Assembly: GCF_001194135.2 (NCBI RefSeq)
Contig: NC_069006.1
Coordinates: 6,599,793 to 6,663,792, forward strand
Length of the DNA: 64,000 nucleotides
DNA from: Octopus bimaculoides
Taxonomy: Eukaryota
Direction of reading: 5' to 3'
Shown: positions 26,355 to 39,225 of the stretch, piece by piece
Position numbering within the stretch: position 1 is the stretch's first letter
Layout: each line of letters begins with the position of its first letter
Translations under genes and position numbers: made by a program
The notes under the pieces: model-generated
What the model was told of the DNA's origin: nothing
Seen by the model: the letters and a program-made list of their open reading frames with translations, nothing else
Databases searched by the model: none

Positions 26355-26870
26355 AAGGCGCTTGGCACTGCCAATATCTGAGCAGGGGGATGAAGGTTCA
26401 GGTCTTTAGGTCTCTGGTCTTCCCTGTCCTGCTCCTTAATTGTGGAACTTGGAAAGTGCTTGAGGCGCTTAGGAACCACCTGAACTCCTTTGGTTCCAGG
26501 ATGCTTCACAGGATTATGGGTTACCATTGGTTGGACGTTGTATCCAACTAACGACTCTACTCAGAAACTGGGTTTGCGTCTTGTTACTTGTATGGTTTGG
26601 GAACACCAGTTCCGACTGGTTGGCCATGTTGCTTGATTTTCTGAGTTAGACTCTGCTCACCCTGTTCTCTTGACTGACGATGTGGCTGGGTTGGCAGCTC
26701 AGGTTAGTTGACCACATGTCACAAGGTCATGACAGACAAGGAGGTATCTAATGGAGATGAGGACTAACTGGGACTCTGCTTGTTGAGAATATACCAACAA
26801 ATGGTGAATGCAGCAATACCCAGCAGCAGTGTAGTCCCTCCCCCAGACCTGGTCTGACCTATGGTACCAA
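26355..26870 (+). mobile_element. Decayed RTE-clade LINE, post-RT C-terminal ORF and 3' end
   Basis: translates WHCQYLSRGMKVQVFRSLVFPVLLLNCGTWKVLEALRNHLNSFGSRMLHRIMGYHWLDVVSN*RL, frameshift, VWEHQFRLVGHVA; resembles the K..F.SLV.PVLLYG.ETW and RLYGHVAR motifs; ends cagacctggtctgacct. Confidence 0.85.
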
Positions 26871-26871
26871 T

Positions 26872-27065
26872 AAGAGAGCATCTAACATGCAAGAAATATC
26901 AATCAAACCTCCCTCAGATCACATTCTGGTACAAAAAAAGGAAGGACATAATGGATATTGTAGTCTGAGACCAATTCTAAAGATCAGAAAAACGTTCTTT
27001 ATGACTTGAAATGTCTTTGATCAAAGGTTTGCTAAATCAGGTTCAATATGTGACCAAAAACCACC
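26872..27065 (+). mobile_element. Family D repeat, decayed
   Basis: caagaaatatcaatcaaacctccctcagatcac...aggacataatggatattgtagtc...gaaatgtctttgatcaaagg. Confidence 0.6.
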
Positions 27066-27401
27066 ACTGATAGAGCATACCTTCCCAGGAAGTACATAAT
27101 CAACAAAATATTTCGGCTGCTGTTGTTTCAACTATTCAGGTGGCAAACAATGTACTACCAAATACCTTACTAACATCTCCAGAATAGGAACCTCATGCTT
27201 CATTGCATTAAAACATCAGTTTTGGTTCATCAGACATTCATCATACAACCTAGACATTTATTGTCAACAAAACTACCAATTAGAAGAGTAAAGACAAAAG
27301 AGAGTTATTTTTTTTAACTTTGCATTTTATATTCTTATTGACATCAAATTACATTTCAGTTTACATACTCACTGACCACCCTTGGAGACCAATAATATAA
27401 C

Positions 27402-27453
<52 letters not shown>

Positions 27454-27570
27454 AATTGCTTATGTTATAGGTTTTGTGTTTTAAGAAGTGTATATTGCTG
27501 AAACTATAACGTAAACAGTCATTATTATTACTAATAAATATTATATTTCATAATAATAATAATGATAATA

Positions 27571-27606
<36 letters not shown>

Positions 27607-27774
27607 TCTTTTATTTTATTTTGCAGAATTCTTGTTGTGAAAATCTATGTTGAAACAAATGTATCTCAGGAAAAGCATGCGTTTCTAATTAGAAAAAAAA
27701 ACCTAAAGGTTCAACAGCAATATATATGCACACATGCACGCACGTGCGTGTGTGTGTGTGAGTGTGTGTGTACC

Positions 27775-27885
27775 ATCATCATCATCACAGTCCACTTGTC
27801 ATGCTTGCATGCGTGGATCAGACAGAATTTGTTGAGACGGATTTTCTATGTGAGAATGCTGTTCCTGTCATCACTTCTTGTCAGG
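27775..27885 (-). mobile_element. RTE-tail fragment
   Basis: catcatcatcatcacagtccacttgtcatgcttgcatgcgtggatcagacag...gttcctgtcatcac. Confidence 0.6.
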
Positions 27886-28399
27886 TGTGCATATATATAC
27901 ATACGCATATGTATATATATAGATACACAGACACATATACACACATCAATACCTACAACAGTATATATGTGTGTGCAAATGTGTGTGGGGTGCACATATG
28001 CACACACACACATTTGTATATGTTTTTTTTTTGCCTGCATACATGTGCATAGAAACATACATATTGTTGCTATTCCTCATAGCCAGACACAGACAGACAC
28101 ACACACAGACAAATATAGAAACAGACAGACACCAACACAGTTAGCCACGATTACATAGTGAGACACAAATATGAACACACAGTTACAAAGACACAAACAT
28201 ATATATACACAGACACACCACCACCAAAACCACCAACTCACCCACACACTATAGATTCCAATTAATTACACTATTGTTTAATCGTGGCAGCTGTTTATTT
28301 CAGAAAAAATACTTTGGGAACAAAGCAGATAAATTATGACAGTTAGCTCCACTGATTTGGAACGTCAGGAGGTTTAATCAGTAAAGTACAAACTCATGA

Positions 28400-28560
28400 G
28401 GGAACCGCTAAGTAGTGGCTCAATCTGCAAAAAATAGCAGTTAACTTTCTTAAATGATACCATACCAAATTAAAAAGGAAAGGGCACAATGGGGTTAAAC
28501 AAACATCAACAATATCAGGGCTCATAGTTGTAGAAGACAGTGGTCATTACTGAGTAAAAT
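28400..28560 (+). mobile_element. Family D repeat, decayed
   Basis: gtggctcaatctgcaaaaaatagcag...aaaaaggaaagggcacaatgg. Confidence 0.5.
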
Positions 28561-28699
28561 AAAGTTACTGTATTTGGATTTTATCTCTGAATATATCCTT
28601 ATGATGTCAACTTCAAAAGCAGAACATCAGCCAATCAATTGTTAAAGAAAAGGACAAAATTCCAAGAAAGAAACAGACAGGATAACCTCTACAAAGCTG

Positions 28700-29110
28700 A
28701 AACAATTCAACAACCCTTTAACCCTGTTTGCCACCAGAAATTTCTGTCTAACCTTAACCCCTGCATCCAACAACTTAAATCCTTCACCATATGCTAACTC
28801 ATTTCTTCTTTCCTACAACCACCATCTTCATTGTCGATACACCATGGGTATCTGTTTACTACAAAAGATCCCAACAACTAATGTCACCATCATTTCCACA
28901 TCCAAATGCTTCAGCAAATTCATCTCCAATTAACTTTTCTCATCCTTTGTAGCATCCTCATTCACCACCTCTTCAACTCCTCTTTCTTCACTGGACCCTC
29001 CCAAGTTTTTACTATAAACATTAAGTCCTTTAAGGCTGTCATTGTCTTCAAAGATGAACTCCTAGACTCAAAATTATTCTTTGTTCATCAAACTACATCT
29101 GAACCCAAAA
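28700..29110 (+). mobile_element. Possible highly decayed Penelope-like RT fragment
   Basis: C-rich, stop-ridden frames giving FLSNLNPCIQQL, TNVTIIST and QVFTINIKSF, loosely like PLE RT motifs (L.PLV..LPS, DV.SLYT, LVLT.N.F); weak. Confidence 0.3.
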
Positions 29111-29134
29111 CTAACACTCACCTCCACCTCACTG

Positions 29135-29350
29135 AACACACCAGTGTGAAGGTACATGGCTCAGTGGTTAGGGTGTTCAGTTCAAGCCGACCTTGTCACA
29201 TTGAATGTCATGCTGAATCTACATGAGAACTATATTAAGGGTATGAGTGTCTGTGGAGTGTTCAGCCATATGCACCTTAATTTCATGAACAGGCTGTTCT
29301 GTTAATCGGATCAACTGGAACCCTCATTGCTGTAAGTGATGAAGTGCCAG
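29135..29350 (+). mobile_element. tRNA-headed SINE, internally deleted
   Basis: gaaggtacatggctcagtggttagggtgttc A-box head; body gtgtctgtggagtgttcagcc...ggatcaactggaaccctc. Confidence 0.7.
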
Positions 29351-29658
29351 AAAACCCATCCTCACTCTCAACAACAATTCCTTTCAGCAAACTTCTACCA
29401 CAAGTCATGTGTACACATACACACACTATTATACTTTCTTACAAACACACAAACACACCAAATGCACACCACATTCATTCATACACAGCTATTCCCCTAT
29501 ACACACACACAACCTACTCACACACATAATTTCTTTCATGCTGACACTTCTTACACCTTCCACAATTTATCATACCCTTAGTTCTCAATCTTCAAGTTAC
29601 AAACCAACATTTTATTTATTTCTATTTCGACCATTTAACCATTTACCTTACACAAATT

Positions 29659-29866
29659 CTTTTCTACTCTAGGCACAAGGCTCGAAATTTGGGGGGAGGG
29701 GACCAGTCGATTAGATCGACCCCAGTACGCAACTGGTACTAATTTATCAACCCCGAAAGGATGAAAGGCAAAGTTGACCTTGGCAGAATTTGAACTCAGA
29801 ACGTAAAGACACGAAATACCGCTAAGAATTCCACCTGGCATGCTAACATTTCTACCAGCTCACCGC
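29659..29866 (-). mobile_element. Family B SINE (AGAAAAGA-tail variant)
   Basis: tttctactctaggcacaaggctcgaaatttgggggag...gaaaggcaaagttgacc...ccagctcaccgc; TSD ccttacac(a/g)aatt at 29646-29658 and 29866-29878. Confidence 0.93.
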
Positions 29867-30444
29867 CTTACACGAATTACCATTTCTTCATTTGACCTTT
29901 TAGTTTTACCTCTTCTCCATCCATTTTTTTTTTTTTTTNNNNNNNNNNNTTTGTTGAAGGACCATTATCCGAAATACTAAATTCACCTCGTTTCCTTCCC
30001 CAGGGTGTAAATTATATGGACTTTCCTCTGGATTTTTGTTTTGCCTTCTTTTCCTTATGACTCTCCATAGGTATGAGTAGGAGATGTCACTGATTCACTA
30101 AGGGAACAAGTTGCAAACAGTTTGCGATTTACATATATATATGTAATACAAATATCTCTTGGGAATAGCGCCGTTTGTTAAGTATTTCTTGAAGCAAGCA
30201 TGTAACAAATAACCACCCTTTCTGAAAGTAATTTATTCAACCCTTAAGTGGAAATGTTGGGTTTCTTTTTAAAACTAAAGTAGAGAAATGTGTCTTGCTT
30301 AATGGCACATTTCAATAATGGTTGCAGTCATTTTCTGGAATAATAATTCAGATGGCTCTAACTGAAGGCAAAATCCTTCAAGTAGGTATAAAATTAGCAA
30401 CGATTATGAATACTGCTTTCTTTCTAAGTTTATACGTGTGTGTG

Positions 30445-30459
<15 letters not shown>

Positions 30460-30536
<77 letters not shown>

Positions 30537-30545
30537 CATATATAT
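30460..30545. repeat. Compound (CA)n(TA)n microsatellite
   Basis: direct reading. Confidence 0.95.
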
Positions 30546-31916
30546 ATGGGAGAATATACGAAAAAACAACAACAGACGAGGACAGGTGGTGTAAACATAT
30601 ACACATACACACACACACACACAAACACACAATCACACACATCTATGCACATACACTGTAAGAATATGGGTAATACCTTAAAGCAACAATTTAAGAGATG
30701 TCGTAGAACCTTTCAAATAGTTTATTTTCTCTATCAGTATTAAGCGTATCACTGAAAAAAAAATCAATAGCTTATAAAAAAAGTAAATAAATAAATAGTA
30801 TAAAACTCTCCTCACCTACTCTACCCTCATATCTATATATCAAGAGTAGCGATCTATACCAACACATTTATACATAAGCTCTTGTAATTTGAAATATTAA
30901 AGCTCACGCCTTTTATTTGTTGATAAAAGAAGACATATATACATCTCTCTCTTTCTCTTTCTCTCTCTCTGTCTCTCTATCTCTCACTCTCTATATATAT
31001 ATATACACATACATACATATATATATATACACATACATACATACATATATATACATACATACNNNNNNNNNNATATATATATATATATATATATACATAC
31101 ATATATATAAAGTTGTCAGTGTATGCAGTTTTATGCAAATTAGATCAGTTTAGCTCTGTCTAAGTGTGTGTCTATGATAAATAACTGTAAGTTAATAATC
31201 TTCGACTGTGGACAAAAGATAGGTATTCTTTATTTGATGAAGTTCTAACAAGTCTAGAAACCAGTCAAACTGATTTTTTTCTTTTTTTTTTGCCTGTGGA
31301 GAGATATAACTGTAGTGTTACCACATGGCTTACATTTTTGCACTCAGGTTAAATTGTATGTCTAACAAATATTTTGTGTGTGTGTATACATACATACATA
31401 TATATATATATATATGTATATTTACACACACACAGGTGGGAAATGACGAGACATTTTGGAAAAAAAATAGTCCTGTATGAAAGTGTGATAAGAAATGTCT
31501 GGCTGTTTCTATAGAAATTAAAGAAAACTGTGATACTTATTTTTTTCTATAAGATGAATTATGTGAAAAACAAATACATATAAAATAGTAAGAAATTTTT
31601 AAAAAAACGATACTAACTTGTCTAATATAGAACTGCTTTCCAAAATAAATTAAATTACTTTTTCTTTTCTTTTTTTTCTTTCTATTTTTTTCTGAATTGG
31701 TATATCTGCTATTAACCTGAACTTCTTTAATCAGATTCTGCATGAGGTTGTGGAAGAGGTTATACATATTAGCATGGTTTTCTGTTTTCTTTAAATTTCT
31801 CCAATATCAAAGTAGACAGTTACTCAACAACTAAACTATCTTTGGTATTTAGACAACATTGCTGTACAGATTACGTATGTGGAACTCCAAACAAAAAGTT
31901 TTGCTTATTTTCAATG

Positions 31917-32149
31917 TTTACCTTACAGATTCAGTTTACAGCCAACCATATCTGGCCCAAACGTTCTCCCCATTTTATGTTCAAACCGGCCAGGGTTTGG
32001 CTCTCCCACAAACACTACAATGTCATTCTAAAAATAAATAATCACATCATTGAAATCTCAAAGCTATGAGATAATGTAGGATTAATTCAAAACAAAGTGA
32101 ATAAGTAAACATTACATTTGACAGAATAATTTCAATGCTAAAGGGTTAA
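31917..32149. mobile_element. piggyBac-like MITE
   Basis: right end aatgctaaaggg-TTAA; degenerate left end ttta-ccttacagattcag; second partial copy at 18890-19019. Confidence 0.7.
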
Positions 32150-33018
32150 TGGTGCAAGTCTCCAAGGACCCAACAATTTTAAAGGTGATATTTAAATATT
32201 TAGTAATGTAATCGAATGCATAAATTAAGCTGACTTTCCATAAATGGTCTCCACTTTTCATGACTGTCACTAAACTGTTTATGAACACAAGAGGAAGCTG
32301 ATGTTTTCTGCCACAACAATGTCAACTCTACTGTATCTATATGTCAGCTCTATCTATTGTATTTATAATGTCAAATCTATTGTATCTGTAATTGGAATGC
32401 TTCACAAAGACCTACACATACACATATACATATTAATGTATTTTAAATTTAAGTTATATATATATATATATATACACACATGATGTATCTGTAATATATT
32501 ACATCTATTTCTGATATTTTTTGATTTCATGTAGGTGCTGTTGGTTTATTTTAGTGTTAAATTACTTTAAACAAGTTCTTAGTAAAAAAAAAAACTGTTT
32601 TATGGTTTCCAACTACCTGCTGCTTGATTTAATCAGTAAAATTGATATCTGTTCTTCAACTGAGCAAACTAAAATAAGAAAAATAATGTTAGAAAACTGT
32701 GAAAGAAACGTTAACAAGTAGATAAAAAGGCTCAGTATCTTGACTGCTGAATCCACTCATCCATCAGTGTAAGGGGGTATTACATTTAGTAATTCTTGGT
32801 CCCTTAAATATGGAAATTATTTATTTAAAGCATAAACAAATAAGTGCAGACAGGTCTTTATAGCTAAATAGTTTACTTTGCAATGACAGGCTTCTGAGTT
32901 CAATCCTAATAAACAGCATCATGAACTGATGTCTTTTATTTTTATTTGTTTGGAGAGGTCATTGGATTTGGCAAACAAATTGTAGAAACTCTTTGTATAT
33001 ATATGTGTATTTATATGT

Positions 33019-33020
<2 letters not shown>

Positions 33021-33105
<85 letters not shown>
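33021..33105. repeat. (GT)n microsatellite
   Basis: direct reading. Confidence 0.97.
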
Positions 33106-33109
<4 letters not shown>

Positions 33110-33316
33110 AGTGAGAGAGAGAGACAGAGAATGTGTGTATACAAGCATGTGTGTGCCTGCATATTGATTTATAAATGCAAATGTACAGTCATTATGAATC
33201 CAAAATCGATTGAGAATCTGAAGTTCTTCTAAACTAAAGCATTTCAGATAATGGTTTATAGACTGTATGAAATAAATATCTAGAAACCAAGAATTGAAAT
33301 GACAACATTACCTTAC

Positions 33317-33592
33317 CTGACTATATAAAATACCAGGGACCAAGAATTCTTGACACCACAATGCAGCCTTAGCTGATCGTATGGAATATCCAGGGCTTAG
33401 ACTTGGTAACCACTGCACCACCTTAACTGACAGTATGAAATATCTGGGTCCAAGAATTCTTGACACCACAGCACCACTTTGGCTTATTATATATAAAGAT
33501 TGTCAGCAACCAAGAGTGGGATAGCAACACTAACTTCCTTGGTTTATTGTACGAAATATCTGGGGTCAAGAATTGACACCACAACACTCTAA
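33317..33592. repeat. Degenerate minisatellite, five units of 54-60 bp
   Basis: units start 33317, 33373, 33427, 33483, 33543; caagaatt(ct)tgacaccaca recurs in units 1, 3, 5. Confidence 0.8.
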
Positions 33593-34361
33593 GAACTTGT
33601 GACTTCTCTCTGACACTTACCATCAATACATCTGTTAACTATTTTATAATTAGAATATTGGGTTTTATGTTAAAAGTGAGAGATAAAAAAAGAAAGTCTC
33701 TTTGTAATAAGAGACAAAAGAGAAAATTAGTGAAAGGCTATAGAAAGTGTATTAAATTAGTGTGTATAATAAACAGAATTATAAAAATAAGACCTAACAT
33801 TGATTAGTTCATTATAAATTCTGCTTGGTGAATAGGTAAGGTAACCAGAATCAAACAGAAAACAGTAGAGAGAGAGAGAGAGAGAAAGAGAGTGTGTGTG
33901 TATACATACATACATATAAATAAATATACATACACACACATATATAACACACATACTTGTATGTATATATACAAATACAGGCATACATTTATATACATAC
34001 ACACATATATAAACACATATACACATATATATTTAGTAAAACAACAAAGTAGAATCTAATATGTCCATTGTGTCCAAGTTTTATTGTGTTAAAATTAATT
34101 TTCAATGAAAGTGTTGATATAAATGAACTCTGCTTAGAGAGTATCATGGAAGTTTTAAAGAGAGTTTTTTTTTCTAATGAATGATTAAGTTGCAGTCTCT
34201 TCCGAGAAAATATCTCTCTATTTTGTGAATATATTTCGGTACTTCTAAACTCAAGTGTATGTGTGTGACTTCTTGTATTGTTTCTTTTTTCATTTGTTTA
34301 ACTTGTTCTAATCACAGATTTAATGTTTCTTTTAAACACTTCAAAATATATTTTGTTTTCA

Positions 34362-34460
34362 TACTGGCTGTTGTTTAGCCCTGGCTTAGCAGACCTATGA
34401 TGAAATGTGTTCTAGAAACAACCATTCAGTCTTCTATTATATCTAGGGCTACATTATCAA
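34362..34460 (-). mobile_element. Family D repeat 3' part
   Basis: tgttgtttagccc...gcagacctatgatg...ctagggctacattatc. Confidence 0.6.
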
Positions 34461-34499
34461 AACTTTTAAATTTCATAGCTGCAGACATAAATGTGTGGA

Positions 34500-34666
34500 T
34501 GGGTGCAGGCGTGGCTGTGTGGTAAGAAGTTCTTTTCCCAACCACATGGTTCCAGATTGAATCCCAGTGTGTGGCACCTTGGGTAAGTGTCTTCTACTAT
34601 AGCCTCAAGCTGACCAAAGCCTTGCAAGTGGATGTGCTAGATGGAAACTGAAAGGAGCCTCTCTGT

Positions 34667-34712
<46 letters not shown>

Positions 34713-34935
34713 ATGCGCACATGTGTCTGTTCCCTGTCCTGCACCACTGCTTGACAATTGGTACTGGTTTGTTTACATCCCTCTAACTTATCAATTTGGC
34801 AAAAAGATAGAATAAGTAGCAGGCTTTAAAGAAACAAATAAGTATTGGAGCTGATTCATTTGACTTTAAAATTCTTCAAGGCAGTGCCCCAGCATGGCCA
34901 CAATCTAATGGCTGAAACAAGAAAATATAAAAGAT
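34500..34935 (+). mobile_element. Family A SINE, full length
   Basis: gggtgcaggcgtggctgtgtggtaagaagttc...ggcaccttgggtaagtgtcttctactatagcc...ctaatggctgaaacaagaaaata. Confidence 0.93.
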
Positions 34936-36544
34936 TATTCCAGTAATTATCTCCGAAACAGAATGGGTATTAATTATCTCTGAATCATAGAATGGGTATT
35001 TTCTGCAAGTCATGTTGCCACAATAAACTTGATGTGTGTCTCAAAAGAAAATGGTTTCAAAGATGACATTCTTTGACTAAAGACAGGTTGGCATATAAAA
35101 CTGCTTTCTGCCGCTAAGGATAATGAAACTTTGACTGGACATATTTTATTTCCGCAATGAAATGGCTAATGGATCAATCCTTTTGTAAAGTAGAAAAGGT
35201 ACAATTTGAAGGAGATTTAGTAGCTATTATTTGTAACAGAACAAATGAACACACTATGGTTTCTTTGTTGAATCTAAATATAGACAAGGTATCAGATTTA
35301 TTAATCGCAAAATCTTAAGATCAAATGTTTCCAAATTCAAACAGCTATAGCAGAGAATGCATTGCTCTGTGCTCCTCAGTCAAATATAAAAACCGCCGAC
35401 AATTTATAGTTTAATGGTTAGATGTAGTAAAGACAATTCTAAAAGCACCAATTCAAATGTTAAGTCAATATTAAAATTTACTAAAATTCATTTCACCCAT
35501 AAGGGAAAGTGGTTGCAGGACATTCCTGCATGGTGTGTAACTACAAATGGTTACCAATGTTTGAAGGAGAAAAGATCATCTTTCCAGTACAAAATTGATT
35601 TTATGGACACTGATGATCTGGAACTGCTCATAGTCTACACTAATTTATGAACAGGAACTTCAAATTTCTGCAGCCTCCATATTAGTTTACCTGTACCTTG
35701 CACAGTAAAGTGATAAACTTGTATCATTTATACTAATGTACAGGTACCTGTATTTCATTTAATTATTTAAGTATATTTAATATCTAGAGTGTGTGACTTT
35801 TTTAGCAGGGGTGAAACCAGTAATCTAGAAAAGCTTTGGAACCAAAGATTTAAGAAAATTGATGCTATATCTGGGATTGTTTAGATGCAATAAACTTTAT
35901 AAATCTGAAGACAGAACATTCCCCTACATATTCATACAGAGATGATCGCACATTATCATAATCATAAATTGCATCAAAGTGCTCAGAAGCTTTGGTCCGT
36001 TCCAAACATCAACTGATTTTGTCAATAAACAAGAAGTTATGCTTAATTTATCAAACCTAGTCATTTTACTTTTATTGTTTTCAGAATTAAATGAAACACA
36101 AGGGAAGTTTAATTTTGCTAGAATGTAGTCATTAAGAAGTTAGAAGTCTTTGATTTTAAAATACTTCATTGTATATAAAAACGCAAGCAGTTTGTGTGTG
36201 CATGCATGTGAGAGAGAGAGAGGGGGGAGCGAGAGTGGGGAGCGAGAGGGGGGAAGCTAAAATAAAAATATCCTTCAGAATACAACACATTATTTTCAGC
36301 TGTCATGCCCTTGTAACAAGAAATTATTGAGTTCAATCCTCTCTTATGGATCTTATTAACTTAAATGAAATTGGTGTAGCTGGCAAGTGGATCACAGACT
36401 TGGTTTACAAAGAAATTTCAAAAAATTAAACTTGATAAAATTTGAATTTATATACTTAAAGTATACAGTAAGAAAGTATAAAGTGGATAGTTTTGTACTC
36501 TCCTTTCAGAATTAATGATTGCAATGACAAACGAGTTTTTATAT

Positions 36545-37222
<678 letters not shown>

Positions 37223-37887
37223 ATGGTAAGTTTCAATACAAAATAAACCCAGGTGAAATTAGAGCTCAGATACTTTGATACATGAAGCAAAATAAAGCAT
37301 AAATCATACTGGCTCCTGGTCGAGCATCAGCACTGCATCTATAATAAAAATGACAATGATGGTGTTGGTTATGATTTATGTAGATATAAAAGATAATATT
37401 TTAATAAGGAGAAGGGGTTGGGAGTGGGTTATGTTAAAGACTTTCCCAAAGACATTAGTGACACAAGTGAAGTGAACCACTTCCAAATGGGAATTGGACT
37501 TCATTCATCAAAACCTCAACCCCAGTTATCACCCTACCAACTCTCTAACATCTGATATAATAATTTCTTTGTTTATTAATAAAATAATAATTATTTCTTT
37601 TAATGACAAATAATTGTAATGATTATGTTGGTGTTCACTTTTGCACAAAGACATTTTGTAAAGAGAGAGGTCATGTTTTCATATTCTCTTCAATTGACCC
37701 CAGTGTTACCTCTAACACTTAGTTTATCAATTCCTCAGGGAATCCAATGGTTCTTATGAACTCATGAGTCACTAGGTAATGAGAATTTTGAGAAGTATGT
37801 GGGTTGAACTAATCAGACACAACCATGCCAACTACTACAGTACTAATGGTGTGTGTGTGTGTTGTGTGTGTGTGTGTGTGTGTGTGT

Positions 37888-38495
37888 GGGCATGGCTGTG
37901 TGGTAAGAAACTGGTTTCACAGAAAGGCGGCGAGCTGGCAGAAACGTTAGCACGCCGGGCGAAATACTTAGCAGTATTTCGTCTGGCGTTACGTTCTGAG
38001 TTCAAATTCCACCGAGGTCCACTTTGCCTTTCATCCTTTCGGGGTCGATGAATTAAGTACCAGTTACGCACTGGGATCGATGTAATCGACTTATTCTCTT
38101 GTTTGTCCCCTCTATGTTTAGCCCCTTGTGGGCAATAAAGAAATAAGAAACTGGTTTCACAACCACATGGTTCCAGGTTCAGTCCCACTGTGTGGCACCT
38201 TGGGCAAGTGTCTTCAACTATTGTTTCAGGTTAACCATAGCCTTGTGAGTGAATTTGGTAGATGTAAACTGAAAGAAGCCTGTCCTCTGTGTGTGTGTGT
38301 GTGTGTTTGTCCCCCACCACTGCTTGTCAACTGGTGTGGGTATGTTTACGTCTCTGTAACTTAGCAGTTCAGCAAAAGAGATGAATAGAATAAGAACTGA
38401 ACTTTTAAAAAATTAAGTACTGAGGTTAATTCATTCGACAACAAATTCTTCAATGCAGTGTCCCAGCATGGCCACAGCCTAATGAAAGGAAACAG
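37888..38495 (+). mobile_element. Family A SINE interrupted by family B SINE
   Basis: gggcatggctgtgtggtaagaaactggtttcaca [B] accacatggttccaggttcagtccc... Confidence 0.93.
37922..38161 (+). mobile_element. Family B SINE (AAGAA-tail variant) with 18-bp TSD
   Basis: taagaaactggtttcaca at 37904-37921 and 38144-38161. Confidence 0.95.
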
Positions 38496-38498
38496 TTA

Positions 38499-38548
<50 letters not shown>

Positions 38549-38762
38549 TCCATAAAGTTTCAGATGAAATAATGTTGGAAATATTTCTGGAGATTTTGTT
38601 GCTTTCACCATCAAATTCCATGTGTAAGTCACATGTCTAACTAGGGAAGGGTTTGATAAGATTCAGAAAAAACCTCCTGTAGCTTACGTATTTATACAAC
38701 ACATATGTGTGTGTGGTAGGGGGTGTGTATGTGTGTGTGATATACAAATATGTATATAGGTA

Positions 38763-39126
38763 TTTTATTGTGTCTGGGGAGAGTCATTCTCTTTTAGTGC
38801 CTTATTATTTAACACACTCAAGGCAGTGAGCTGGTAGAAACGTTAGCACACTAGGCGAAATGCTTAGCAGTATTTTGTCTGTCGTTACGTTCTGAGTTCA
38901 AATTCTGCCAAGGTCAACTTTGCCTTTCATCCTTTCAGGGTCAATAAATTAAGTACCAGTTGCATACTAATCAACTAGCCCCCTCCCCCAAAATTTCAGG
39001 CCTTGTGATTAGAGTAGAAAAGATTGTTTAACACACTCACTAGTTTGGTTTCCGCTTTGGAAATTGAATCAGTGTATTAAATAATAAGGCACTAAAAGAG
39101 AAGGACTCTCACTATACACAATAAAA
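38763..39126. mobile_element. TA-flanked foldback MITE (58-bp arms) interrupted by a family B SINE
   Basis: left ttttattgtgtctggggagagtcattctcttttagtgccttattatttaacacactca; right tcagtgtattaaataataaggcactaaaagagaaggactctcactatacacaataaaa. Confidence 0.85.
38821..39039 (+). mobile_element. Family B SINE (AGAAAAGA-tail variant)
   Basis: aggcagtgagctggtagaaacg...gagtagaaaaga; TSD tttaacacactca. Confidence 0.93.
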
Positions 39127-39225
39127 TATGCTTCAACACACGAATTCACATAAAGAATCTTGCAAACCAAATATAAAAACGAAATATATAGATATTTATA
39201 TACATATATGTATATAATATACACA

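Noticed and set aside
30825-30930. Helitron 5' end (tctatatat...)
   Set aside because: No 3' hairpin or CTRR end found; motif is common in TA-rich DNA.
33317-33592. Conserved caagaattcttgacaccac words as repeat-spacer array
   Set aside because: Intervening sequences are diverged copies of the same unit, not unique spacers.
35414-35650. 78-aa ORF
   Set aside because: No motif or splice support; length is within chance expectation.
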